NCBI GenBank assembly: GCA_050084985.1
Contig: JBITNC010000001.1
Location: forward strand, 26,350,001 to 26,414,000
Source of the DNA: Nageia nagi
Lineage: Eukaryota; Plantae; Pinophyta
Reading direction: 5' to 3'
Length of the DNA: 64,000 bases
The number at the start of each line of letters is the position of its first letter. Position 1 is the stretch's first letter. The position numbers and the translations under genes were made by a program. The notes below the pieces were generated by a model, which worked only from the letters and a program-made list of their open reading frames with translations, did no database searches and was not told the origin of the DNA. Shown here piece by piece: positions 1-13,176 of this stretch.

Positions 1-2508
1 TTTACTATTTGCATTAATAGTTATGTGGAGAAAGAAATCCCATATGCATTAGACATAAGGTAAGACACATATATAAAATATTTTTACTTTTAGTTTATTG
101 TGTAGCTTTATTAAGAAACTACGCCTCAAGTTGTATGAGGAACATAGGCAATGGGCCACAACAAGTGGAACTTGCATAAAGTGGTGGGCCATAATAAGTG
201 GAACCCGTAATAAATTTTGGTGCAATCAATTTTACGTAATATTGCTCAAAACATAATGATGTGCCCCTCAATTTTAAATTTAATACAATAATTGCTCCTC
301 CATGATGATTTAATATACTTATGGATAATAACGTCCATAAATAAGAATCACCCTTTTATTTTGGACTCCCTCCAAGAATTAAATTTTAGTTCTTTTACGA
401 GGTTCTAAGGGGCAGCACCACTGCATGCCACCCCCATCACGAGATGAGGATTCAAAATTTTCAAGAAGGGTAAAAATGGACACTCCCAAAACGATTCAAG
501 CTTTAAAAATACACTATTTTACCAAGTGCACTCTACTCACAAAATTAGTAAATTCACATCCAAAAATTATTTTATCTTTCTCCCATTTGTTGTTACTTAA
601 AATAACACCATAAAAAATTATAAACATGCCATGGTATTAATAATCATTTATTAGCCAAAAAATATTATTATAAATTAACAATATGGATAATAAAAATTAA
701 TTAAATGTATTTATGAAAAATACATAACCCCTCAAATATTGAACAAGTAAATCCCTTGAAAAATGGGTGTTGAAAAAGGAAGTTGCAAAGTTTAAAAAAA
801 TCACCCATATCACTTTATAAAAAGTGGAAAAATACCTCTCAACATTAAATATTAACCCTAAAGTTAATAAATAAGGGTTTAAAGGTAAGAAAAAATACCC
901 CACATTATGTGAAATACACAAAAGTAAAACCTCCACCACCAAAACAAATTAAATAAATCATTGCTTCCTCCATGATAAAAAATTATACTATGTTTGAGCC
1001 ACTACCAAAAGGGAGGTGGAGGAGGCTATGGGTGCCAACCCATAGGAGGCCATGATTTTTTTTATTTATAGGGTGCCAATTTTTATTTGTTGTGTGGTTC
1101 CTAGAGGAGGCTCGTGCCCCCTAAATGGGTATACAGATCCATTGGAGTCTCGTGCCCCTCATGGAGTGGGTAGCTCCTAGTAAGGAGTCCACACCCTTTC
1201 ATGGGAGAACATGACCTCATGGTGGCACGCACCCCCTTGGGGTGGCGACCCCTATGGGGTATCACACCCACCTTGGGGTGAACGTGGTCCCTTTGGGGAC
1301 ACACACCCCCCTTGGGTGGATGTGACCCCATAAAAGAACACGTGCCCCCCTTAATGGTAGTGGCCCCCTTTGGGAATCTGATCCACCTTGGTGGATGCGA
1401 CCCCATTTGGGGAAGTGCCCAAACCCTTTGGGTTGTGCTTTTTTTATTATATAAAACATAGATGATTTTTGTAGCAAAAAAATATATATACATAATATAT
1501 TTTGATTTTAAAATTTGCCCTTTTTATAAAAAATATAAAAAAATAAAGGAAATTTTGTATAAACACTGAATTTATTATTGCAACTTGCAAGTTTTTATAA
1601 AAAATATGTAGCCTCTTTTTTCTTAAAATAAACATCAATTTAATTTTTACAACTTTTTCATATTGTAGAGAAATACTTTTGTAAACTATATGTTAAAAAA
1701 ATTGCAAGCTCCCCTTTTTTTTAAATAATTTGTAAGAGTATTACTTAAGTTAGATATTTAAAATCTAAACAAATACCATATGTTAGATCTAATTTTTAAA
1801 TACTACTAACATGTAACTAAGGTAAAATTTTACCTTATATTTTAGCCCATTATTCTCAAGATAAAACATGTTAGTATAAATATCTAATTTCACCTTCAAA
1901 ATAAGAAATTGAAATGAACTAACCATTGAAGTTTGAAATAAAATTGAAACAAGTTTAAAGGTTAGATATACTTTAAATTTGAGGAGAGTTACCTCAAATT
2001 TCCAAGTTCAAGAATGGTGAAGAGGAGCCTTTAAGATGGCTCTGATACCAAATGTTGGATTTACAACTTAAGAGTAAAATTCTAATCTACTAAGAGATCA
2101 AGAAGATTCTCTAAACCAACATAACAAATAGCTAATCTCACAATTTGAACACACAAGAAGTATAGTGGTTCCTCCATCTCTTTGGAGTACATCCACTTTA
2201 AACCATCTTTTCTATTACTTCTCATAAGAGAACTCTCCTTCAAATTCTCAATAATTTTTCTATAAGAATTCTTTTACAAAACTCATATAAGAGCATTCCT
2301 ACAATTTTACAAACTAGCATTTTCATGCTTCTCCAAGTGAGTGTTATGAGAGGGGGGTAGCCCTCTATTTATAGCATACAACCCTCTCTTTAACCACCCT
2401 TTTACCCAAAGGTTAATTTAACCTTTTCTAATATTTTATTCCCTTAATACTTAAGGTATCTATATACCTTTAAGTATTGAGTGGGTTACATTGAAGAGAG
2501 GTATTACA
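1..2508 (-). mobile_element. 5' part of a degenerate Ty1/Copia element (5' LTR, PBS, long leader); runs off the window start
   Basis: Reverse-complement PBS GGCTCTGATACCA at 2038-2050 (tRNA-iMet). LTR about 2053-2508 with TG..CA ends shares motifs with the 12676 LTR (CTATAAATAGAGGG, GTGGATGTACTCC, GGAGGAACCAC, ACTTAA-GGTA..TACC-TTAAGT palindrome). The leader is AT-rich with a central GC island (1090-1440). Confidence 0.75.
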
Positions 2509-4802
2509 CAATCATGCATTATAATTTCTAATAAATATTTCTACATTCCTTTGATACATGGTAAAAAATCTTCAATTCAACAAACTCGAATCAAACAATT
2601 ATATAAATACATATATCATATAAAAATAAATAATAAACTATGAATGCTATCAATATGTCAAAAATTAAATCTCTTTATTATAAATGTTAAATAAAATATT
2701 ATTAAAACTCAATGACTGTAAATAACTAAATGTACTTCTTTTATTATATTTTAATTAAAGGTTTGAATGGGATTCGTAAAGGCCCTAACCATATTATATA
2801 TTGCATTAAAAAGGGATTTGAACAAGAAATATCATACTTATATTAAATGATTAAAATAAAACCCTAGTAAACTAAATTACACCTTCGTACCAAACTTTGT
2901 TAATTCATAGACGTTAAAATAAAATAATGAAATAACATAGATAAATAATTTATGATTTTAATAAAAAGAATATAATGAATTGTTAACTCCTTATTTTAGA
3001 ATAACATTAGTTTACATTTCTTTAGGCTCCCTTGCAACCATTATAGTAAGCTTACCTAATGTAACTTCTATGTAAAACTCTAGGTCTATTGTTAGCACCT
3101 GTAAGATCTCGTTAAGTTATCTTAAAAGACTTAAACAAGTTTTTCATCATATATAGGTCTTTCATGATGCCCATTGAGAGGCTAGAACCATACAAGTATG
3201 CTCATATTTCAACATTCTCTAATCCTATCTTCTTCCTTAGGAGAGATGGGGATTGCAACACCAAGAGAGATTAATGAGATTCTCCATATTTATTAGGAGA
3301 GGGATAATTTAAATTCACATGATCCTCATTTAGTTCCATTGATTTCATAGATCAAAAATTCTCCTCACCCCAAACATTATTTGCCTACATTTCTTCATTT
3401 GTTCTAAGATAACTTTTAGCTTATAAGGACTCTAAAAATTCCTGCTCTTCCATAGAAAGATTAAGTTGTGAACCTAAATTTGACTTTTTCAAGAGTAACC
3501 TATACCTTATCCTTAATTCTAAAGGCTTTGAGGTTGATTTAGACTCTGTGATCATCACTTTCCTCTTCTTCTTATAATGTACTTTATACTCCTCTTAAGT
3601 CGAGTTGAACTTCAAGTCTTCCTCTTTAGACTCCAACTCCAATTCCACATGTTTCTTGTTAGAAGAGACCAATGGGGATCTTTCCTTCATATCCTTTGAA
3701 ATGTAGGAGCTTTCACTTCACCTAACATAGGCTTTGCCTTGAAATAACCTTTTGATCTCTCTTTGAATTCATCACCTTTTAAATTGTAATCTTGTACAAA
3801 GCTCTAATTAATGCATTTTTGAATAATAGTTTGAGAAAACCTTGGTGAATTGGGATCTTCACTCTTCATTTCTTCACATGCAACACTAACTCTTGATAGA
3901 GTTGAAGAGAAATGTAAGAATATTCACTAGTTTTCCATCTTATATAGTTCATGATGACCAAATGGTACCCAAAGATAACACTATACTAAGCTTCTAACAC
4001 ATAATGTACCAACTAAGAATCTTTTGAGTTCCTTAGGCTAGGATTTCTTGTTGCTGAAGAAAAAGTCCACCTTAAGAGATAACATAAAGATATCTACAAC
4101 TATAATGGCTAAGATTTAGATTTCAAGCCCATTCAGTACCATTGTACCTTCTTCCATGACTTTACAACTTAGTTGGATATAAACTTGTCATAACCCTCAA
4201 ACTTCACGAAGGAACCCAAACTTCTCTAGAGTATTTTCTACTTCTTCAATTAGTTTCGTAGAAGATGACTTATTTTAGTTAAATCTTTACCCATCATATA
4301 ACATTGCAATAATTTCCATTATTAAAATATAACTTTCAACTACATTAACAAAAAAACTTAAATAAATAAATGATTAAAATAAATAAATTTTTTTAATATT
4401 ATAAAAATATTTTAAATAAATAATATAATATATACAATTTTTAAAATATTTACAAGAACAATAAGCACACAAAAACATCCATGCATTAAAAACATATAAA
4501 CATAAATTTAAAGGATACATAAAGCCACCGACCTTCAAACTTTTTCCAGACCTTTCAAACAAAAGCGAACCAATCTTTGCCCCACCCAGAATACACTCTT
4601 ACGTAATCACAAAATTCACCGTTTTAAAATAACACGAACAGTTCCGTCTATGAATCTGGAAAACAGACGCAGAATTTATGCCGAGACTTCCAAATACCGA
4701 TGTCTCGGGTTCGAATTCTATTCGCAATATTGTAGCTTAGTAACTCATTCCGATCTTCTTCAAAGCCGGTGACCTGTAAGGTCATCGTCATCTATCGCCG
4801 CA

Positions 4803-4937
4803 ATGGACCGTCTCGCGCCGGTCGGTGAACTACCCTTTAGGATTGGATTTACCGGTCACAGTGGTCACCTCAGACTGGAACCTCTTCCTCCTGTGGAACG
4901 CCCTTCGCCTCTCGGAGACCTTCCAGATTTAATACTA
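4803..4937 (+). CDS. SKI2: SKI2 (DExH-box RNA helicase, SKI complex) coding exon 1
   Basis: MDRLAPVGELPFRIGFTGHSGHLRLEPLPPVERPSPLGDLPDLIL matches the plant SKI2 N-terminus (ELxFRxGFxGHxGHLRxEPL...LPD). Donor CTA|GTGAGT, phase 0. Not present in the ORF track. Confidence 0.93.
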
Positions 4938-5714
4938 GTGAGTTCATAATCTCTTTCTCTGTAAATGTATTTAGTTTATTTTGCAAAGAGGAAGTTGAAT
5001 AACAAAACACTGTTCGTAAAGAGCATACTTATTTTATATGCAATTCAGTAGAATGTTTTTGCTCATATAACCTGCCTTTAGGAATTCAATGTAGCAACAG
5101 TTTTGTGTTTGCATGCTTTTAGCGATTAAATTTTGCTTATGTATGTGAACTGTGCTGAGCAATAGAATTCGATGTACATAGTCAGTTAACTGGCATTTGT
5201 TTAAAAGTAGATTTACAGTCATAATGTTTAATCTCTCTTCATAGTTCTTGTATTTCCTATATTCAGACGTACATAAATAGTACGGTCTTGACTTTTGAAC
5301 AATTAGACTCTGCAATATCTGGATGATCATCCAGTGGTGCAGGTGGATGACTGCTCGTCAAAATCCAATCCTCAACCTACCTAAAAGATTTGAAGTATGT
5401 CTACAGACATATTCATGCCTAATATTCAAGAAAGAATGATACTTAATATATACGCATATAATATGTATTGATTTGCAACAAACGCCATTTTAGGTCACAG
5501 CCTATTCAACATGCCTGTAGATTTTATGTGATCTCCTGGAGAGAATAGGAGAAGATTACTCTTTACCTTATATTAATTTGTTCAAATTCACACCACCGTT
5601 TGTCTTAACCATTTGAAAAAACTTTTGTTAAATGTAAGCTCTTCCAATGCACTAAGCTCTTGTTCAGATGCAATACACACAGAGACACGTAATATATGAC
5701 GAAAAATACTTTTC

Positions 5715-5797
5715 TTCTAGTATATATGCGGGAGTGTACTATATAGAAATGTCATTCTAGTATTATATGCGGGAGGTGTACTATATTAGAAATGTCA
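5715..5797. repeat. 40/43-bp tandem duplication in intron 1
   Basis: TTCTAGTATATATGCGGGAGTGTACTATATAGAAATGTCA occurs twice; the copies differ only by three single-base doublings. Confidence 0.85.
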
Positions 5798-6229
5798 TTC
5801 TATGTTTGCAGTGTAAGAGCAAATTAACAAAGAAATTCATGAAGTAGGGTTTGTATCGGATTGGATATTTTGGAGGTACTTATAGTTCAAAAATCTCGAT
5901 ACTATTTTGAAATGGTTCTATACATAAAAGGAGAGAATAAAGGCTCTTATCCCTACAAATAGGATTGAATGACACAAACTTTTAATTAATTATGGCTACT
6001 GGAACCTGGAGGATCCATGGAAAATGAAATCACATGAAATCATTGAATGAAAGGTTTGGAGCCTAGCTCCTCTTAATTCAACTTCATAATATGAAGTAAC
6101 CTGAGTCGTATCAGTGCTTATTCTTCCATGATCCAAGACTTCCATAGTATAATTACCAACTCCCTTTGCTAGAAAACTTAACAAAGCATAAAATCTTTCC
6201 AAGGTTCTCATTTTGTAAGGAATGCTTCT

Positions 6230-6640
6230 AGCTCTATGTTAAATGATTATACTTTGGAATTTGTAGCTCACATGCTTTTCATCCTCAATTTCTTTCTAAT
6301 ACATAATAGAAACAGGTATTCTTTTTAAATGTTTTTCCATCTTGTCTCACATGCTAGATATTGAGACCTTAATCAGAATTTGCTAATTATTTGTCTTTTA
6401 TTCATAGAGATATTTTTTGTAAGATAATTTTATTCTGTGTAGGTGACCATTGGATTAATCTCACATTTGTAGAATCTCTTTTTCTCATTAGGATGCTGCC
6501 TAATCGTCTCTATTACCTTTTCTTGAACCAAGTTTTGAATTATATATGACTTTTGAAGTATATCATTCTCTTCGATTCCACAATTATTAATCCATTTCAT
6601 CTCCTCCTTATTAATCCATTTCACCTCCTCCTGGTACTAA
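6230..6640 (-). mobile_element. Degenerate LINE C-terminal remnant (RTEX-like)
   Basis: Broken frames give LACETRWK...EIEDEKH, resembling the E..RW...C..C...EDExH C-terminal motif also seen at 24480-24640. Confidence 0.4.
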
Positions 6641-7143
6641 CCCTTATATTGGGTCACAACCATTGCTTTGGATGGTGATTCATTGTTGCCCATATTTTTA
6701 TTTTTCTTATCTCTGCCAAAATTGCAGAGTGCTTCCATACAATATAGATATGCACTTTTGTCTCAAGCTTTTGTAATAAGAAGCATTTTTGAACACACTC
6801 AATTTTTTTCCAGGATTCTTTGGAGAGGCCTAAATCTCAAACAGGACAGCCATAAAAATTACTGTTTCAACCAACACTCTGAAAAGAAATTTTTCTTAAT
6901 TTCCAATTGCATAATTGGGTTTGCCTGCGTTTGTTTAGCAAAGTGGAGAGAGCTTTCATACCTCTTGCTATCCTCCTACTATTTTATGGTAGAGGAATCC
7001 TACATTAAAAACAACATGATCTGATCTTTCAGTTTAAGAGCAAACAACAGAAATTCACAAATTGGAGCTTTGAATTGGTTTGCATTATTTTGCTGCATCT
7101 CACTTCCAGGGAATCTTATGCTTTTCAATATTGTTTCATGCAG

Positions 7144-7461
7144 CCTCCAGCATTTGAACCAGAAACATTGGAAACAGTTAAGAAAAATGTTGAAAATCAG
7201 TTTCTTATGCCAGACCTCGACCATGATGAATTTCGGCCGGACAAGTGTGGGAGACAGTGGGAGTTTGATTGGTTTAATAAGGCTATGGTACATCTGGAGC
7301 CATCTTTGCCTCGTTTGACTATAGTTCCAGTTTGGGAACCGCCATATAGACGATGTCAGAATAAAGCAGCATTGAAACGTGACGAAAAGGAAGAGGAGCA
7401 GACAGTATCCGACGATGCAAATAAAAAGAATTCAAATAATTGGGTCCCACAATCTTTGCAG
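7144..7461 (+). CDS. SKI2: SKI2 coding exon 2
   Basis: TGCAG| PPAFEPET...GRQWEFDWF...LEPSLPR..VPVWEPPYRR...WVPQSLQ |GTGAGG, recognisable Ski2_N motifs; phase 0/0. Confidence 0.95.
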
Positions 7462-8399
7462 GTGAGGACGGATCCACTATATTTCTCTTGCAATTTTCGT
7501 ATATCTTCTCATCTACTTTTGGACTAGATACAGCAATGCAAGTTAAAGCAAAATGATTGTGAACTGTGAAGAAATCTTCTAGGATTGTATAAAATCAGAT
7601 AATATCATAGAGTTCATTCTGTTTGAATTGAATACTCCCAAACTGAGAAGAATAAATTTTAGTGCACAAGACGAAAATGCCATTCTGCAAGCTCTTTTTG
7701 TTTTTTGATAATGGTAAATGGTTAAAGGTTTTTTTATACAGGGACCCAAAACCTGTATTACAAAATTTTTCTTCAGATATTACATTCGTAGCCCTTAATG
7801 GCGCTAGAAACAAATACAAGGCTATAGCCATAAAAAAAATTGTATCAAAAACTATTCCTATCCCAGGTATAATTCCTTTAGTTCAATCCTTCTTTTTTCC
7901 TTTCAGCGGTGGGATTGCTTGAATTGGCATAGCATTGAGTATAACTTTGGTGCTAAGCTTGTCTTGGTTCCTCTTCTCCTCTTCCTTTTTTGAGAGGCTG
8001 TCTTCATATGGTTGGCCAACCACATTAACCTTAGGTAAATTTTCGTAAGGGTCAGGATTTTCTTCTTTCTGCCTCATCCCCAGAGCTTTATTCCTTATTG
8101 CCCATAGCTCGTTCAAATCTGCTCCCTGCTTCCATTTTTGGGGACTTACTAATGACGTGGCTACGGGAATTTCTTTTTTGTTCACAAATCAATTCTGTTG
8201 CCTTTGTTGGAACCTGCAAGGAAGAATGGGATTCTTTCTTTCTTACATTCGAAATATTGACACTTTTGCTTTCTCTTTTTGGAATGAATTCTTTTCCTGG
8301 TTGAGCTGATATGCATATTAGTTGATTTTGACTCTCATTGCACCGGAATTCCATGAATGAGGTATGGCTTAGGACTTTTGGATAGATGTGTTTGTTGCT

Positions 8400-8956
8400 A
8401 TCCTTTGTTGTTGGTTAGATGTGATGGTAGATGCCCATACAGTACCACACATGACGTGATGGTAGTTGCCCAATCAATACCACTTGAAGAATGGAAGAGT
8501 GGTAGATGCCTAGTCATTACAACATGAAGAATGCAAATGTCCAAATGTTGCCACATAATGATTGAAGTTCAGTGAGTTCATTACTGCTGAAGATGGTTTG
8601 AAGATCAGTGAGTTGCCGCTGAGAAATAAATAATATTGATGTAATGACAAAACCTAAAGATTTGTCATTAAGGGGAGGTGTTAGAGATATTATTGTTATT
8701 TGTTATGTATTGTTAGTGGATATATAAGATACATGCGATGTTTAGTTATGTTGTTACAAGAACTTGGTCAAAGGTTGTTATTCTATTCTTGTGATGTATC
8801 TCCCTGTTTATATATGTTAATACAAAGTGAATTATAGTGTGCTCCAATAATGTTCATGGATTTTTCCTTATTCTTTGCAGCATCTAAATCTATTGTGTCA
8901 TGTCTTCTGAATTGCACTCTAATTTGTGTTTAAAGTATTTAAAATCAATTCTACCA
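8400..8956 (+). mobile_element. Copia-type 3' remnant: short repeats, PPT and a ~280-bp LTR
   Basis: AAGGGGAGG|TGTTAG at 8670-8684, preceded by a 10-bp inverted repeat TAATGACAAA/TTTGTCATTA. The putative LTR ends ..CTACCA at about 8956. Confidence 0.5.
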
Positions 8957-9380
8957 TCTCCTTAAGCATTCTCAAGTTCAGGGAGGTTCTTCAAAGTTCA
9001 AACCACTTGAAATTGTGGATCTTATGAACATTGTTAGTATGTTTACTTATTCCTTTCAATTAAAACATTATGGCATGACATAGAAATGTAGAAATATGTA
9101 GATGAACGATAGACAAATTGGTTACCATATATCAGGAACTTATATTTCGTGGATGTACAAGTGGTTTTTGAAATGTTATACTTGTTGTTTGCAAAATATG
9201 ATTCTTGCTTGGCTGCATTAATATATCCAAGCATTGTGATAGTTAAGAGAAGTATTTGCAAGAAGATGTATATTTTAAGCATTGAATTTAAATATGTTCC
9301 TATGATTTTGTTGAAATAATTTTACTGTTATTTCTCTACAAATTTCTTATTCAACTTTTTAATATGGTTATTATGATAAG

Positions 9381-9638
9381 ATTGAAGTGAGAGATATAGA
9401 AAGATCACAAGGCTCATCCTCAGTTTTGCGTCGTCCTGGACCTCCAGAGGACTTTGTCAGGGGAAACACAAATAGTCGACCATTTCTACCTGGTGGTTTT
9501 GAAGAGTCACACACCTCAGAAAGATATCTTGCTAAAGATACATTAAATGGGGACTGGATACAAGAAATTATTGAAGGTGGGCCTATGCAAACAATACCTC
9601 CAGGATTTAAACACGGATTGGATCTTGGTGCACCTAAG
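9381..9638 (+). CDS. SKI2: SKI2 coding exon 3
   Basis: ATAAG| IEVRDIE...RRPGPPEDFVRGNTNSRPFLPGG...GGPMQTIPPGFKHGLDLGAPK |GTGAGT. The RG/PFxPGG motif is the conserved Ski2 N-terminal signature. Confidence 0.93.
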
Positions 9639-9775
9639 GTGAGTTTATATTGTTTCTTTCAATCTTTTTGCCATACTTCATGGTTGAGGGTACCTAATAA
9701 TCACATATTGTAACTGCATCAGGTGATTCATTTATGTAAGACTACAAGCTATCTTTAATAATGTGGATTTTGCAG

Positions 9776-9853
9776 GCATTTTCACGGTCAAGCACTGATG
9801 TTCAAGCACATCATCGTCAAACTGTGGATAAAGATTTTCCCAGTAATACAATG
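9776..9853 (+). CDS. SKI2: SKI2 coding exon 4
   Basis: TTTTGCAG| AFSRSSTDVQAHHRQTVDKDFPSNTM |GTTAGT. The 78 nt keep frame and fill the gap between DLG and the LSVQFDDLF motif. Confidence 0.8.
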
Positions 9854-10243
9854 GTTAGTGGTGTTACATTCCGTTTGATAAATGTTTAATTTATCTATAT
9901 GATTTTCTAGGATGGAAAGGCATTCGTCTATATGTTTTGCCATAAGTGAGAGTGTCTTTTCAGGTTATACTTGTTATTTGTTACAAGGAGTATGTGGGTG
10001 AATGGATGAAAAGAGAATGGGTTTTGATGCAGTTAATTTGAAGGAATCAAATTTCACATGGTAGCTTATTATTTGCTGGAAAACCTATAATTGTGTCTTG
10101 GAATTTTTTCAGTCTCAACCTCTTATAGGAGATTGGCAAATTATTAGGGGTATAAAACACAACAGAAATGACGTGGCAGCAGTCCAATACATTAACACTA
10201 GCACATATATACAGTACTATGAAATTAGAGAAGAGATTCTAGC

Positions 10244-11323
10244 TGATGACTTGATCACGTAACTGAAATGTACCAATGAAAATATGTAGAAAATTGCATA
10301 GAAAACCAAAAAAAACATAAATCTTATTTATACACAGTAAAATCGCAGCAGAGCTGATTTTTTATTGCAGCAGACAAACACAGAATAGTATTACTGTCCA
10401 GATCTATCCAAGAGGATGGATGGGACTTATTTCATCAACAAAACACCACAAAAACAGCAGATCTCGCCCAAAGGGCTGTAGATATTGGCTAGGAATGGCC
10501 AAGTAGCATATCTGCACAACACAAGAATTATTCTAGTGATACCCTGGCTGGAAGTAGCAACCACAAGTCTGAAACACAACTGCAAATAACACTAAATGCC
10601 CTCTAGGACTGAATGCCCACCTTGAGGGCGTGGACTGTCAGATCTGGACACCAAAAGTGAATCTTCTTCAGCAATTTAGCACAAATGCAAACCCTATGTG
10701 GATCTGCCTTTAGGAAATAAGCATAGGGTTGAAAGCCTAGGCCTCTAGGTGGTTGGATCTCCTACGGTTCCCCTCTTTGAAGGATTTCCTGCCAAGCCAC
10801 AACAATAATATCCAAAATAGGAAATATCAAATATCATCCAAGCATCCCTCTCAAATGATATGATCTTCATATATATAGACTTGCAACCGCAATGGCTAAA
10901 CAAATCCAAGACAATCAGATCCAACATTAGCTTTGAAGGGTGTAGATTTGATCTTGGAATCCACAAATGGACTGCCAAAGTTAGTTACACTTGCCCAAGA
11001 CATTAAATGACCTTATCTTGCCACATCATACTCTTATCCCCAAAAACAGTTGCATTTGCCAAAATGGCAGTTACAAATACTAGAGACATTTAATACTGCC
11101 TTATAATCCCAACCACCAAGCTAAAAACGTGTACGAAGTCAAAGACATTAATTAATACATTTTTTCTTGTCCCAAGACTATTCTAAATACATAACTAACT
11201 CCCTAAACACTTATACTAACAATAAAACTTGTCAAAACGCACTAACCCCTTAGAGGCCCCACAAACAACAACAAAACATAAATTTGAAATATTTACAAGC
11301 TGGAAATATTTTGGGACATTACA
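10244..11323 (-). mobile_element. Solo LTR (Gypsy; family also at 40433 and 55157)
   Basis: Terminus GGGACATTACA is shared with 41116 and 56742; near-TSD CTAGC/CTAAC. Confidence 0.65.
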
Positions 11324-12675
11324 CTAACCTGTTGCGAGAAACTAACTGACTGCTCTCTCAAAAGCTATACACAAAATTATTTTGTGATTAGAGCAGCAAT
11401 TCTTATTAGTGACCACATGATTATTGTTTTTACCATTAAAAGGCCATTTTAAAGAAGTAATAATGTGATGCATAATAGTTGTTGGTTTGCTGTATTTTGT
11501 TCTTAATTATGGGTTGGTGGTGTAGATACTTAAAATTGCATTTTTAATATTTGAAAGTGATTTTATTTAAGCAATTTACTTTGTTTATGCAAGTGTAAAT
11601 TGGGACCCACTTTGGGTAAATCAAGATTTGAACAATAAGTGGGTCCACCTAGGTTTTGAACCTTTATAAAGCACTCCGATACTTATTTTATATGTCAGGG
11701 GCTAGTTTAAGAATTATCATTGTCAAAGATCATTAAGGAAAAACAAGAAATATCGCAATATCATCTTCTATCATTTTAGGTGGATCATTAGAACTAGAAG
11801 CATCAAAAAGTTTGAAAGCTCGAAATGTAGGTTGAAATGGGAGCCCACTCTAGAATGCTTAATGTTCTAGCATTCATGCTCAAAACAGTTAGTATTTTGA
11901 CACCTGGTCCCAAAATGCGCAGCACTCATGCATTGTAGGCCCAAAACATGGATGTTTTAGTCTCAAGCCTTGGCAAACCTCATTGTTGAACTAGGTTATT
12001 TCGGAATATCTGTGCATTTAGTCTAGCATCATCCGAAATAGAATCATATAAAGAATCACCTTCAGAATTATCATTTTAGAATCATCATAATAGGATCACA
12101 ATAATCATGCTCATAATTATCTTGAGAACTATCTAGAACAATCAAAATAGTCAGAATGCTCAATGTCCAACTCTGCCCACTTCTAGGATACAAAGAGTAA
12201 GAAACGGAAAAATTGAGGAAATTATTGGATCAAACTAGGGCTGATATAAACTCTATTAAACTACAGGGTGATCCACATTATGCTTACAAAAATCTCAGCC
12301 AAAGTCCTTTTTCTTTGGATATATAGAATTTTCCTATCACTCAAGATTGCAAATCATTTGAAATGTTTGGTGGGAAAAGACATCCAAGGCAACATGTATT
12401 ACCATTTCAAGAAGAATGCAATGTGAAAGACACCTCCTCAAGCACCATCAAGTGTGCAATCTCAAACCTCATGGAAATCTCAGCCAAAATGGAAGAGACT
12501 TCATCATACATCACGTCATATCATGCCCCAAATGCCATTCGAAATGCACCTCTGATTGCCATCCTATGCATTATGGGAAGTGCAGCCCAAAACTTCCTGA
12601 GTATGGCAGCCAATTTCATCTGCATTACAGTCCCCATTGTCCTCTCAAACACTGCTCCAAATGACACCAAAAATG

Positions 12676-13161
12676 TGTTAGAATTTGTAATGAAATATTG
12701 TGAATATCTAGACTCCTTGTAAATTCAATTAATCACTTAAAGGTATGTAGATACCTTAAGTGATTAATAGAATTCTTTAATATGTAGACTTTGACTTTAC
12801 CAAAGGAGTTAGTTGGTAGGTTGAAGTTTGGTGGTACATTTAATGTAACCCTAACCTTACCCTTGGGTTAAAGGAAGGTTAGGGAGGTGCTCTCAACCTA
12901 TAAATAGAGGGCCTCTCCTCATGTAAATATATCTAAGTTTTGAGTAAGATTACTCTACTTGGTTGTGTAGGAGAGAGCTAGAGAATAGTTGTAAGAGAGA
13001 CATAGATTTGAGAATAAGAGAACTAGTTGTGGATGTACTCCCAAGGAGGAGGAACCACATTATATTGATGTGTTATCTTGAGTGATTGTGTTATCTTGTG
13101 TACACATGAGTTTCCTAGTCTAAGGTCCTAGAGGATTTTTAGATATAGCTCAAATCCCTCA
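12676..13161 (+). repeat. Copia 5' LTR (486 bp)
   Basis: TGTTAG...CCCTCA; TATAAAT at 12899-12905; direct repeat of 20772-21260. Confidence 0.97.
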
Positions 13162-13163
13162 AT

Positions 13164-13176
13164 TGGTATCAGAGCC
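13164..13176 (+). promoter_or_regulatory. Primer binding site (tRNA-iMet)
   Basis: TGGTATCAGAGCC, 2 nt after the LTR end. Confidence 0.95.

Noticed and set aside
3000-4300. Minus-strand coding-like remnant upstream of SKI2
   Set aside because: Heavily decayed with no recoverable motif or boundary; cannot be assigned.
7595-8354. Antisense ORFs in intron 2
   Set aside because: Short and frame-broken with no clear domain; probably an old LINE remnant.
9370-9381. Non-canonical or U12 splicing suggested by AAG acceptors at exons 3 and 6
   Set aside because: The donors are ordinary GTGAG/GTAAG with no ATCCTT signature; AAG acceptors are uncommon but normal.
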